Shown here: positions 38,191-50,057 of the stretch, in pieces | Layout of the letters: each line of letters opens with the position of its first letter | How positions within the stretch are numbered: position 1 is the first letter of the stretch | Assembly: GCA_951406725.2 (NCBI GenBank) | Contig: OX597836.1 | Span: 13,082,001 to 13,146,000 of the forward strand | DNA length: 64,000 bases | Direction of reading: 5' to 3' | Source of the DNA: Octopus vulgaris | Lineage: Eukaryota | Notes under the pieces: generated by a model | The model's database searches: none | Told to the model about the DNA's origin: nothing | What the model saw: only the letters and a program-made list of their open reading frames with translations | Position numbers and translations under genes: made by a program

Positions 38191-38831
38191 TCATTTTAAT
38201 AATAATAATAATAATAATTACATTTATTGTTGTTCTTTATTGGCCATGTTTACAATATAAATTGACAACCCTTTGCTTTCACCATGGCCCTTGAATATAT
38301 CGTCTTTGTCTCAATTAAGATAATTGTTATTACTTAACTGGGGTTTGGAACATAAATTAGCAGGAGTGGCTGTATGGTAAGTAGCTTGCTAACCAACCAC
38401 AATTGTGACTAAGGTTTAGTGGAAGATTTTAATTCAAAATTTAGGAAAACAAGACATTTGTACTACAGAGCCAGAGCTGGTTTCAGCTGGGTTGGTATCA
38501 AAAGGGTTAAATTAATTTTGAAAACACTGAAAAATTTAGTCAAATAAGTTGGTCATTATTTAGTGTTCGCATTATTCTGCCAAAATTAATCCTTTTTTTA
38601 TCCACATTGTTTTGAACTAATCATGCATTATCTTGTAGCTATGAGATTTTGATGAGGTAGCTGTTAATTTCTAGAACGATATTGTAGGGTTGGTGTAAGA
38701 GACCAGTTTGAACATAAAACAGACAGAATACTTTTGGCCGGATATGGCCGGTTTAAATGCTAATGGGTTAAGCTAGTGTTTCAGACATAAATTTACAAGA
38801 AATTTTGATAGAAGAAAATTTTGAGAGCCCT

Positions 38832-39058
38832 TTAACCCTTTAGTGTTCAGATTATTCTATTAAATATAATGCCTATTGATTCACATTGATTTGAATTAAT
38901 CATGCATTATCTCATATCTTCAAGATCTTGATGGTGTAATTACTTAATGTAGAATAACATTGTAGGGTAGGTGTGAGAGCCTGGATCTGGTCAGTTTGAA
39001 CATAAAACAGATTAGCTATTTTGGCCGGATATGGCCGGTTTAAATACTAAAGGGTTAA
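38832..39058. mobile_element. TTAA-flanked piggyBac-like MITE (relatives ~36865-37094, 38560-38771, 46199-47216 interrupted)
   Basis: TTAA|CCCTTTAGT ... ACTAAAGGG|TTAA. Confidence 0.75.
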
Positions 39059-39202
39059 AACAAGAAATTTGTACCATAGAAACAAAAGCAGTTTTAAACA
39101 AGTTGGTATCAAAAGGGTTAAGCCTGGCAGATATTACTGTTTTTTTTTATTAAAAAACAAAACATGTTTTATTATTCTTTTTTTTTTTTTTTTTTTTTGC
39201 AG

Positions 39203-39258
39203 GTTATCCATTAGGAACCAGCCTTTGCATTGCAGTTCTCATTGCCATCATCTTGTAA
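39203..39258 (+). CDS. Putative GPI-anchored Ig-like protein, coding exon 4 (GYPLGTSLCIAVLIAIIL*)
   Basis: Long poly-T + gcag acceptor, phase 1, hydrophobic tail ending directly in TAA. Exons sum to 465 nt = 154 aa + stop. Confidence 0.75.
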
Positions 39259-40569
39259 CTGGAATATATATTTTACACACGCATACATCATCATCGTTTA
39301 ACGTTCGTTTTTGTGCTGGCATAAACAATGTGAAATGCATTGTGACCAGCGATGTGTAGCGACATCTGATAGCCTGGTCGGTCACGGTGATATATAGATA
39401 TATATATATATTTATATTATATAGAGGCAGGAATGGCTGTGTGGTAAGTAGCTTGCTAACCAACCACATGGTTCCAGGTTCAGTCCCACTGCGTGGCATC
39501 TTAGGCAAGTGTCTTCTGCTATAGCCCCAGGCCGATCAATGCCTTGTGAGTGGATTTGGTAGACGGAAACTGAAAGAAACCTGTCGTATATATGTATATG
39601 TATATATATGTATGTGTGTCTGTGTTTGTCCCCCTAGCATTGCTTGACAGCCGATGCTGGTGTTTTTACGTCCCAGTCACTTAGCAATTCGGCAAAAGAG
39701 ACCGATAGAATAAGTACTGGGCTTACAAAGAATAAATCCCGGGGTCGATTTGCTCGACTAAAGGTGGTGCTCCAGCATGGCCGCAGTCAAATGACTGAAA
39801 CAAGTAAAAGAGTAAAAAAGAGGGCACTATTACACATAAATGCCGCATGCTAGGAGGGACTTTTCAAGTCAAAACTACCAAAATAAACAAATTGTACTGA
39901 ATGCAATCATCGAAGCAAGTCATTTAAAAACAGAATTTAGTTACATATCACCTGTGATTTCACAATCAATGCAGTATATGCATTTTATGTTCTTCAGTGC
40001 AACGAACTCAAGATATGTATGAATAAACAAAAATAACATACCAGACGAGCAACTGTAGTGTCCATCGCAGCATATATGACTGTTCATCCCTACATATCTA
40101 TGTAAATGGCGGGCTTTTCGAATTGCATTTCGGTAACAACATGCTTACTCGGAACGAAAATTCAGTATAGAACTGTTCCGGTGAAAAATATAAATTTAAA
40201 AATAGGATAAAATCTTCATAAGAAATTATCAAGTAGTTAGCGTGAAAAAAACGTATATATATATATATTAAATTAGAGATAAAACCACTATTAGGCAAAT
40301 CAAACAATAATTTAAATTTTGAATTTTATAATTTGTATATTATATTAATTAATTTTATTTCTATGTTTTGGTTTATGTTTTTCACTGCTTGATTTGCCTA
40401 ATAGTCGTTTTATCTCTAATTTAATATATAAATGGCGGTGCCCCAGCTTGGCCACAGCTTGTGAGCTGAAACTAGATGAAATAAAAAAAATAAAATAAAA
40501 TTTATACTGTAAAATTAAATTTAATCCTGAATCTAATTTTTCCCTGTAAGTTTGCATTTACTCCCTATT

Positions 40570-40610
<41 letters not shown>

Positions 40611-40613
<3 letters not shown>

Positions 40614-41415
40614 GAAGAGGTAGGCCCAGGAAAACCTGGGACGAGGTGGTGAAGCACGACCTTCAAACTTTAGGTCTCACCAAGGAAATGACTAGAGACC
40701 GAGACCTATGGAAGTATGCTGTGCGTGAGAAGACCCGGCAAGACTAGTGAGACCATAACCTGTGGCCTCTACCTGGTATGTAGCCAGCCGACTTATACAT
40801 ACCTTTCCTTCTTGGGACACAAAACTCCACTTGTGAAGACCCATTGAGGCAAGTGAAAATCAAAATCAAACCAAATCAAATCAGATATCAGATAGCTGAA
40901 CCAAAGTCGAAGTCGATCAATATCAATGGAAATTACAGCTGTGATACCAGTGCCGGTGACAAGTAAGAGAACCATCCAATTGTGGCCGTTGCCAGCGCCG
41001 CCCCGACTGTCCACCGTACCAGTGGCACGTAAAAGCACCATCCGTTCGTGGTCGTTGCCAGCATCGCCTGGCCCCCGTCCCGGTGGCACATAGCACCATC
41101 CGTTCGTGGCCGTTGCCAGCCTCGCCTGGCCCCGATGCCGGTGGCACGATCGTGGCCGTTGCCAGCCTCGCCTGGCCCCCGTGTCAGTGGCACGTAAAAA
41201 GCACCATCCGTCCGTGGCCGTTTGCCAGCTCCATCTGGCACCTGTGCGGGTGGCATGTAAAAAGCACCCACTACACTCACGGAGAGGTTGGCGTTAGGAA
41301 GGGCATCCAGCCATAGAAACACTGCCAGATCAGGCTGGGCCTGATGCAGCCTTCTGGCTTCACAGTCCCCAGTTGAACCGCATGGAAAGCGGACGCTAAA
41401 TGATGATGATGATGA
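40611..41415 (+). mobile_element. RTE LINE 3' end with 3' UTR (UTR-only copies ~36549-36829 -, 42477-42622 -, 43900-44618 +, 47455-47718 +, 48370-48622 +, 58553-58690 +)
   Basis: GRGRPRKTWDEVVKHDLQTLGLTKEMTRDRDLWKYAV* followed by a repetitive UTR and (GAT)n tail. Confidence 0.85.
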
Positions 41416-41562
41416 TATATATAGATACATACACATGAATGTGTGAAATGAAAACCAAAACGGAATTTGAATATGTTTATAAAAAAATATATTTCCATAT
41501 AAATGATTGCAAAGGGATATTTAATTAAAAGTTAATAAAAATGTATATCAATTAATTCTACA

Positions 41563-41840
41563 CTATGATTGTGTTTCTTCTGATTCTTTTTTGTCTTTTT
41601 GTTTATAAGCAAGGAGATGGTGTCCTCCATCGTACATACACCGTATCTTTTGATACATAAAGCAAAAGAAAAAGAGGAGGTTGTCATATTCTCCGTGGTA
41701 CTCGTCACTGATAAAATACGTATGGTAGTCCCGTAGAAAATAGTAGATTGCTTCAACAGTACTCAAATAGGTGTTTGGTTTGTCCCGCTGGTGGCGCCAG
41801 AATTTGGTGTGCCTGGTCTTCATCTCCACACAACGAATTC
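41563..41840 (-). CDS. DTWD1: DTWD1 coding exon 4 ([18 protein letters not shown]...[10 protein letters not shown]...YDNLLFFF...stop)
   Basis: Phase-1 acceptor ctcttactag; FWRHQ, LSTxEAIYYF and YDNLLFFF motifs of DTWD1. Exons sum to 888 nt = 295 aa + stop. Possible ATTAAA poly(A) signal at 41520-41525. Confidence 0.93.
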
Positions 41841-41864
41841 CTAGTAAGAGAGGAAAGAGAAACA

Positions 41865-41910
<46 letters not shown>

Positions 41911-42234
41911 ATGTACATATGTTTCAAGCTCTGAAGAAGCAACAGGGTGATACTGAAGTACTCAAATGTGAGTGCACTGCATCTTACAGCAGAAACAGCT
42001 AAAAGCTATTGAAGTTCATATCATAATTGTTCATTCCTTTTATCATCTCAGTTTATTATATATACAAATATATATATATATATTTCTATAGGTGAATGAA
42101 TTATCCTATGTTTATCATCAGCATGGAAAATGCGTTGAACCGATACCAGGGTAGCAAATTCGCGTCAGAAACACGGTTGAAGCGACCTGTCCAAGGGTAG
42201 AAACTCCGGGTTCATTTGCAGAAATTTGTGTGTT

Positions 42235-42478
42235 ATATACGAATAAATGAAAGAATGGAGTCGAACGAAGATGTTAACAAAATTCCTTTACTCTCGACAT
42301 ATGTTTTGAAGACAACATGGTATATGATGCAATCTTCTTTCCTGATGAGAAGATTGCATCATACACCCTTTATTCCTTTCAAATGAAACCATGTGGTCTT
42401 CGAAACATATGTCGAGAAAAAGGAATTTTGTTAACATCTTCGTTCGACTCCATTCTTTCATTTATTCATATATATATC
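42235..42478. repeat. Long inverted repeat in DTWD1 intron 3 (Penelope-like remnant)
   Basis: gaataaatgaaagaatggagtcgaacgaagatgttaacaaaattcc... versus its reverse complement ending ...tttcatttattc. Confidence 0.88.
42334..42421 (+). ncRNA. Type I hammerhead ribozyme motif with palindromic stem III (Penelope-type)
   Basis: CTGATGA 42342-42348; stem II GAAGATTGCAT/ATGTGGTCTTC; GAAA; ACATATGT palindrome; GUC cleavage after 42413; stem I CTTCTTTC/GAGAAAAG with one mismatch. Confidence 0.72.
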
Positions 42479-42650
42479 ATCATCATCATCATCATCATTT
42501 AGCGTCCGTTTTCCATGCTAGCATGGGTTGGACGGTTCAACTGGGGTCTGTGAAGCCGCAAGACTTCATCAAGCCCAGTCAGATCTGGTAGTGTTTCTAC
42601 GGCTGGATGCCCTTCCTAACGCTATATATATATATGTATAATGCATGTTA

Positions 42651-43216
42651 TTGGGTTGTCCAGAAAGTTCGTGCCGATTTTTAAAGGAAAGAAAAGGGTC
42701 AATAAATACTTGCCATTACATTTTAAATCAACCAAATATGAACCATTTTGTTGCACAATGCGTCTCCATCTTTCCTTTAACTTGAAAACACCCTCTTCCC
42801 AGAATTGAGATGGTTTCATCACAAATAATTCATAAAGGTATCTTTTTATGCCATTCAAGGAATTGAAATTTTTACCATTAAGACTATTCTGCAGAGACCT
42901 GAATAAGTGGGAATCCGAAGGAGCAATATCTGGTGAATATGGAGGGTGGGGTAACACATCCCAGCCGAGCTGCAGTAATTTTTATCTGGTTCCCAAAGCA
43001 TCAAGTGCCAAAAATGAACTTTCTTATCTTTCACTTTAAAGGGTGACAGAATTAACACAGGTTACAGGAACATAAACCTTCTTCTGTGAAAATGTAGCTT
43101 AAACTGTGCTCTAAATGGGGGTGTAGTCAAATCCTATTTTATGGACTCAAACCTGTTCTAAAATAAGTCGAAAGGTAAGCTACTATAAATCGGCACAAAC
43201 TTTCAGGACAACCCAA
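42651..43216 (-). mobile_element. Internally deleted mariner transposon
   Basis: TA TSDs, ~30-bp TIRs TTGGGTTGTCC.GAAAGTT.GTGCCGATTT; transposase remnant LPHPPYSPDIAPSD.HLFRSLQN (YSPDL-type motif). Confidence 0.93.
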
Positions 43217-44625
43217 TATTAAATCCTGTGGAAAAGTTGAAAAATTAATCAATCAAGAAATAAAAAAATATACAAAATAATATTAATACTAATAATAATA
43301 ATATACACAATAAGAAAATTATGGATATAAAAGTAGCAAAACACCGCTAGATTACCTCGTGTAAGGCAGTAAACATTTTTATGAAGAAAATATTAACTTG
43401 TAATGGCATGCTTGCCTCACTTGCCCCCAGTGAGCCTCTACCCAGCCCAGAGAGAACGAAGACATGCACCAGAAACCAAACGAGCAACTGTCATTTATTA
43501 ATGAGCACATGGCACATTTTATACGCATGTGCCCCTCAAGGTCACACATAGCATCAGGCGCACCACCTGGAAAGCCCTTGCATACCACTGGTTGGGAATC
43601 ACTGGTCTACAGGATCAGGGCCAACCAATAAAAACAATGATGAATTCCTCTATGTGGTCGTTTGTTCTGCTAGAACTAGCAGTCAAGTTTCCCTCAAAAC
43701 ACAACCTACTGTCTAAAGTAAAGAAAGTGGGGCACTGGATAAGGTAATTTTACATATTCTGAAAAAAGAAAATATAGAGACATGATGGTCAAGGCTGGAA
43801 TGCTTTTGATTGTAGGCTTGCTCAAAGTTGATCTGAGGCTAAATAACAATATCAGGAGTATCAATAACAATGACAGCATCAACAACAACAATAACTTAAT
43901 GGCATCTGTGTGGGAGAAGACCCGACAAGACAAGTGAGACCATAACCCGTGGCCTTTACCAGGGTTGAAGCCAGCCCACTTATGCGTACCTTTCCTTCTT
44001 TGGACACAAAACTCTGCTTGCAAAGACCTGTTGAGGCAAATGAAATAGAAATCAAACCCAATTCGACGACTGGCACCCATGCCAACCTTCCTTCATTGGG
44101 CACTAAACTCTGCTTGCAAAGACCTGTTGGGGCAAGTGAAATAGAAATCAAACCAAATTCGATGAATGGCACGCGTGCCAATGGAGCGCTGACAGCTCCA
44201 TCTGGGTAGGATCACTGCAAGAGCAGCTGACTGGCTTCCAAAAGCATCATTCGAGCGTGATCGTGACCAGCGTCGCCTTACTGGTACTTGTGCCAGTGGC
44301 ACGTGGACAAAACATTTGAGCAAGGTCGTTGCCAGTGCCGCTGGACTGACTCCTGTGCAGGTGGCACATAAAAAACACCATTTGAGCGTGACCATTGCCA
44401 GTACCGCCAGACTGGCCCTCGTGCCGGTGGCACATTAAAGCACCCACTACACTCTCAGAGTGGTTGGCATTAGGAAGGGCATCAAGCTGTAGAATCTCAG
44501 CCAGATCAGATTGGAGCCTGGTGCAGCCATCTGGTTCGCCAGTCCTCAGTCAAATCGTCCAACCCATGCCAGCATGGAAAGTGGACGTTAAACGAACAAT
44601 GATGACGATGATGATGATTATTTAC

Positions 44626-44932
44626 CTTTTAGACGATCATCTTTAGAAATTCGGTTGGTTTGGTTCCATGTGCAGTCAATGAAGATTACCCTTTCAAATG
44701 GCGCCTTGGACAGTTTAGTGTATTTTCGACATGGAGTTGGAGAACCTGCTGAATCAGATTTCCTCTTTGTAGCTTTTGTAGAATCTTCATTGTTAACATG
44801 GGTATATGGTTTGTCCCCAATTTCATGTTGAGAATCTGAAGAAGTCTGTGGATTGGAGATGCACCCAGCAGCAGCAGCAGCCTTTAACTCTTCAAGTGTG
44901 ACAGACTGAGGTCCAGGGAAAACCAAAACAAC
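44626..44932 (-). CDS. DTWD1: DTWD1 coding exon 3 (VVLVFPGPQS...VIFIDCTWNQT...DDRLK)
   Basis: Acceptor ttttctag, phase-1 donor G|GTAAAT; contains LVFP and the DxTW signature (DCTW). Confidence 0.93.
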
Positions 44933-45084
44933 CTAGAAAATACAGAATCAACCAATTTAAGTTTGTAGTGAATTGAACAAGAAAATGACTGACCAAACAA
45001 CCTTCTGTCCATTTGTTCGTCCACCCAACTTTTCCATCCACTAATTAATACATATATGTATTAATTAAAAATGTGTTATGAGTA

Positions 45085-45489
45085 TCTCTCTCTCTCTATT
45101 TATATAAAGCTGAAGTTGTCTGTGCGTGGCAGGTTTGGTAGCCTTCAACTAACACTATCTCCTCCGAGACCCTGCGGCACAAGTTGACCAAAATTGAGAG
45201 TATGATAGAAGAGGGCTTGCTCTTCCTTCCGTATAAAAGAAAAAAATTCAAATTGGACCTTGTTAACACCAAAAATTATTTACATCAAAAAGGTGCTTTT
45301 TTTCTATGAAAATCCCTATTTTTTACGATTTTTTGACTGCTGTGTTGCCATTTTTTGGTGTATTTCAACCAGATAAAAATGTTCACTTAAAGAGAATAAC
45401 AAGCTACATAATGCAAAATTTTTACTTTTCAAAAATTCCAATTCTAAAGGGCCGAAACAAACCCGAGCAATGCCGGGCGATACGGTTAG
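45085..45489 (+). mobile_element. Non-autonomous Helitron (decayed 3' end)
   Basis: A|TC start; subterminal hairpin cccgagcaatgccggg; ends TTAG. Confidence 0.7.
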
Positions 45490-46033
45490 ATATAGGATAA
45501 AATTCTATATAAACCCAACTAACAGTTACAAAAAAATGGAGAAGAGAAAATGTTGAAAGTTTTTATAAATTTTTAATCCACATAATCATTTCGAATGATA
45601 ATACTGACATGTAAAAAAACATGGAAAAAATTAAATTAATTATGATAATAATTAAATTAAATATAGGTGCAGGAGCGGCTGTGTGGTAAGTAGCTTGCTT
45701 ACCAACTACCTGTTTCCAGGTTAATTCCCACTGCACGGCACCTTGGGCAAGTGCCTTCTACTGTAGCCTCAGGCCGACCAAAGCCTTGTGAGTGGATTTG
45801 GTAGACAGGAAACTGAAAGAAGCCTGTCGTACATATGTATATATATATGTATGTGTGTGTATAAGTTTGTGTGTCTGTGTTTGTCCCCCCAACATCGCTT
45901 GACAACTGTCGGTCCGAGGCTATAGTAGAAGAAACTTGCCCAAGATGCCACGCAGTGGGACTGAACCCCGGAACCATGTGGTTGGTAAGCAAGCGACTTA
46001 CCACACAGCCATCAATTTCTAATTAATACTTAC

Positions 46034-46171
46034 TTTGTCTTTATCGTAATTTGGCACACAAGGATACGTGTAGACACTGACGTTGTCTGGCGCTAAAACA
46101 GCAGCATGGCTGGCAGTACTTTTACCAGCACACTCACTAGGATGGCGCAGGATGTCAATGGCAATCGGCAG
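46034..46171 (-). CDS. DTWD1: DTWD1 coding exon 2 (LPIAIDILRHPSECAGKSTASHAAVLAPDNVSVYTYPCVPNYDKDK)
   Basis: Not in ORF track; translated by hand. Acceptor tttcaacag, donor AAA|GTAAGT, 138 nt, phase 0/0; HPxE-xGKSTA-H and YTYPC match the DTWD1 family. Confidence 0.93.
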
Positions 46172-46312
46172 CTGTTGAAAGAAAGAACAAAGACGATATT
46201 AACCCTTTAGCAAATAAACCGACCATATCTGGCCCAAAATTTTCTATTTGTTTTATGTTCAAACTGGCCCGATCTGCCCTTTCACACCTACTTGACAATG
46301 TCATAGTAAAAA

Positions 46313-46755
46313 TAGTTAGTTAGTTAGTTAGTTAATTTTTTGGCTCAAAAAGCAAAAATCAAGGCCATGTAGGGGGACATGGAGTTATGTACAGGGTGGT
46401 GTTCATGTAAAGAGTTCAGGCCACTTGAGGTCAAGGGAGACTTTGAACCGAGCGGTCGTCGGCATCTTCACCACCTCGTCTAGCAGCTTATTCCACGGAT
46501 CCGCAACCCGGACAAGAGAAAGCCCCTCTCCTTCGATTGAGATGAAATCGTCACAGATAGAGCTTTTCGGAATGACCCCGCAGCCGACGCTCTGGAGCAG
46601 GAGTGAAGAACAGCTCTTTCGAGAGGTTACACTTTCCGCTTATGATGTTGTGAGCAAGAATGAGATCTCCACGGCGTTGTCGTTTTTCTAGAGAATAAAG
46701 GTCGAGCGTCTTCAGCCTTTCTTCATAAGACAAATTCTTGAGACCAAGAACCAAT
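46313..46755 (-). mobile_element. CR1-clade LINE 3' fragment
   Basis: GLKNLSYEERLKTLDLYSLEKRQRRGDLI...RLRGH; (TAAC)n tail. Confidence 0.9.
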
Positions 46756-46842
46756 ATACAATCCCATCACTGATATCTCGAAGCTACAAGGTAATGCATG
46801 ATTAATTCAAACCAATGTGAATAAATAAGCATTACATGTGAA

Positions 46843-47178
46843 GATGCATGGCTCAGTGGTTAGAACGTCGAGCATACGATCGTGAGGTTGTGAGTTCGAA
46901 TCCTGGACCGGGCTGCGTGTTGTGTTCTTGAGCAAGACATTTTATTTCACGTTGCTCCAGTTCACTCAGCTGTAGAAATGAGTTGCGACGTCACAGGTGC
47001 CAAGCTGTATCGGCCCCTTTGCCTTTCCCTTGGATAACACTGGTAGCGAGGAGAGGGGAGGCCGGTATGCATGGGCGAATGCTGATCTTCCATGAACAAC
47101 CTTGCCTGGACTTGTGCCTGGGAGGGTAACTTTCTAGGTGCAATCCCATGGTCAGTCATGACCGAAGGGTGTCTCAAT
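46843..47178 (+). mobile_element. tRNA-derived SINE, second family
   Basis: A box TGGCTCAGTGG, B box GTTCGAATCC, central ttcttgagcaagac domain. Confidence 0.8.
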
Positions 47179-47753
47179 CAACATTTGAAAAAATATTGTG
47201 AATGCTAATGGGTTAATGGTTGATAACAGAGAAAGATCTGGTGGATAACACTTCATAAAGTTTGCAGAACCACTGTGGTACCTCCTCACCACTAATTTAT
47301 CTCTTTCCAGTTTCACTGTCATCCTCACTTTTATAATGTGAGCTAAGCCTCCACCCTTCTGTCTCTGCTGTCCTTACAGCTTTACTACATTCGAAATGTA
47401 CTTTCTTGACTGTAAAATATGTATACATACATGTGTGTTAAGACTGATCCTTCTGGTGGTGCCACAACATATAAAAGTACCCCACCCTTATGACATCACA
47501 TAAAAGCACCTGTGTGGTACCATGTAAAAGCGCTTATGCAGTACCATGTGGAAAGCACCCAGCACATGCTGTAAGTGGTAGGCATTAGGAAGGGCATCCA
47601 GCTGTAGAAACATTGCCAGATCAGACTGGAGTCTGGTGCATCCTGCTGGCTTGCCAGCTCTGGTTACACCAACCCATGCCATCATCCAACCCATGCCAGC
47701 ATGGACAACAGATGTTAACTGAAAGAAAATGTGTAAAGATGTGATTGATTTAC

Positions 47754-47918
47754 CTTGACGACAGGTGTTAAATGTTCAGTTCCTATCACGGGTTTATAAC
47801 AGGTGTAGCAGAAATATTTCCTTGATTTTCCGCACTTTGGGCACACCCGACGATCATCTGATTCATCCAGGAAGTCATAATTGCTTATCTTCAAATCAGG
47901 AAAGGGATTTTCTTCCAT
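47754..47918 (-). CDS. DTWD1: DTWD1 coding exon 1 (MEENPFPDLK...RVCPKCGKSRKYFCYTC...PVVK)
   Basis: ATG at 47918; CxxC...KSRKYFCYTC motif typical of the DTWD1 N-terminus; phase-0 donor AAG|GTAAAT at 47753; acceptor (poly-Y)CAG at 47938 implies a short 5' UTR in this exon and an upstream non-coding exon. Confidence 0.93.
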
Positions 47919-49283
47919 CGTATAAAAACAAGTGATGCTGTGTAAGAGTAAAAAAATAATTCTTTTTATTATAAACACAAAACTTGAATTTTTCTTTTTT
48001 TTTTGAGGGGAGGGTTTAGTCAATGCTTGTGTTCAGTGAGTACTTATTTTATCAACTGTGAAAAGATGATTAGCAAAGTCGACCTTGGTGGAATATTGAT
48101 TCGGCCAGCTTGCAGCCTTTCTTTCTACAAAGGCACAAAGGCCTGGAATTTTGGTAGGAAGTGGCTTCTCAATTACATCAAACCCCAGTGTTCAACTGGT
48201 ACTTATTTTATCGACCCCGCAAGAGGATGAGAAGCAAAGTTGACCTTGACAGAATTTGATCTCAGAAAGTCAAGCACTGGAAGAAATGCCACTAACCATT
48301 TTGTCCCATGTGCCAATGATTCTGCCAGCTCACTGCCTTAATAATAATAATACTAATAATAATAATAGACACCGTGCTGGTGGCACGTAAAAAGCACCAT
48401 CCGATCGTGGCCGTTTGCCAGCCTCGTCTGGCACCTGTGCAGGTGGCACGTAAAAAACACCCACTACACTCACGGAGTGGTTGGCATTAGGAAGGGCATC
48501 CAGCTGTAGAAACACTGCCAGATCAGACTGGGCCTGACGCAGCCTTCTGGCTTCCCAGACCCCAGTTGAACCGTCCAACCCATGCTAGCATGGAAAATGG
48601 ACGTTAAACGATGATGATGATGAATCCTTTCTACCTGAGGCAAAAAGCCTCAGATTTGGTGGGAGGAGACTAGTTGATTACAGTGACCCCAATGTTCAAC
48701 TGGTACTTATTTCATTGACCCCCAAAAGGATGAAAAGCAAAGATGACCTCAGTTGAATTTGAACTCGGAATGTGAAGCTGTCCCATAACTGAAAGCTTGA
48801 AAAGCGTTCTGTTTAAATACATGGCGCAGGAGTGGCTGTGTGGTAAGTAGCTTGCTAACCAACCACATGGTTCCGGGTTCAGTCCCACTGCGTAGCATCT
48901 TGGGCAAGTGTCTTCTGCTATAGCCCCGGGCCAACCAATGCCTTGTGAGTGGATTTGGTAGATGGAAACTGAAAGAAGCCTGTCGTATATATATCTATAT
49001 GTATGTATATGTGTGTGTGTGTTTGTGTGTCTGTGTTTTTGTCCCCCTAGCATTGACAACCGATGCTGGTGTGTTTACGTCCCCGTCACTTAGCGGTTCA
49101 GCAAAAGAGACTGATAGAATAAGTACTGGGCTTAGAAAGAATAAGTCCCGGGGTCGATTTGCTCGAATAAAGGCGGTGCGCCAGCATGGCCCCAGTCAAA
49201 TGACTGAAACAAGTAAAAGAGTAAGCATTCTAGCGCTGTCAATTGATATTGTTAAGAATGTATCAATGAGTCATTAACCTATA

Positions 49284-49800
49284 TCTATATATATAAAACT
49301 GTGGTTGTGTGAGTGTCTGTCCCCTTCGATTTAGATTCCTAACTCCTCCCACATTTTGCGGTGCAGTTTAACCAAATTTGGGTATCTTATAGTCGTGATT
49401 CATATCGAGCCCGTCTGAGTATTAGCGCGCGTCTACGATGAGTCTATGATTTTAAAAATAATTTAACATCATTTTTTATTCCATTTTAATGCATAATATT
49501 TCGTGTGTCGATGGCGGCGGAGTTGGCGTCCACGCTCAAACACCTGCACCTGTGTTTGCTTCTCCCCCTTCTTCCCTCCCTCGTGAAGCTGTGGGAAAGG
49601 GAGTGTAAGGAAATCAACGTCGTAAAGCGTTGTCAAGGAGACCAGCGTTCTTTTAGAACAACGACTTCATGGCTTGAAGACACCAAAATAGAAATGGCTA
49701 AGAAAGCCCGAATTGGCATCTATAAGGGAAGTAACTCTCTAAAAATGCTTATATAGTTATTTCCCTTACAAACCCGAGCAACGCCGGGCGATACTGCTAG
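49284..49800 (+). mobile_element. Non-autonomous Helitron (family copies 54296-54798 +, 56431-56947 -, ~60050-60307 - truncated)
   Basis: A|TC ... hairpin cccgagcaacgccggg ... CTAG|T, no TSD. Confidence 0.88.
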
Positions 49801-50057
49801 TAATTAATAAATGAGGCATCTGAAAAGTAAACACAATGACACAGATTAGCTGAATCATTCCAGGTTCAAATCCCAATGAGACCAACTTCGTCTTTCACCC
49901 GTCTGGAATCGATATAATTGCTTGTGCCCTCCCCGACAAATTTCTGGTTTTGTGCCAAGGTAAAGAAATCAATAACTCTGTTACAGAAATATTGATTTCC
50001 TTGTGTAAACCGCATCTTTAACTAAGCATTCTCGGTGTGAATGGAATTAACCTATTG

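Noticed and set aside
41925-42130. Extra hammerhead-like cores (CTGAAGA...GAAACAGCT at 41931 +; CTGATGA...GAAA near 42121 -; CTGATGA at 30117)
   Set aside because: Stems or cleavage site do not form; at most decayed relics.
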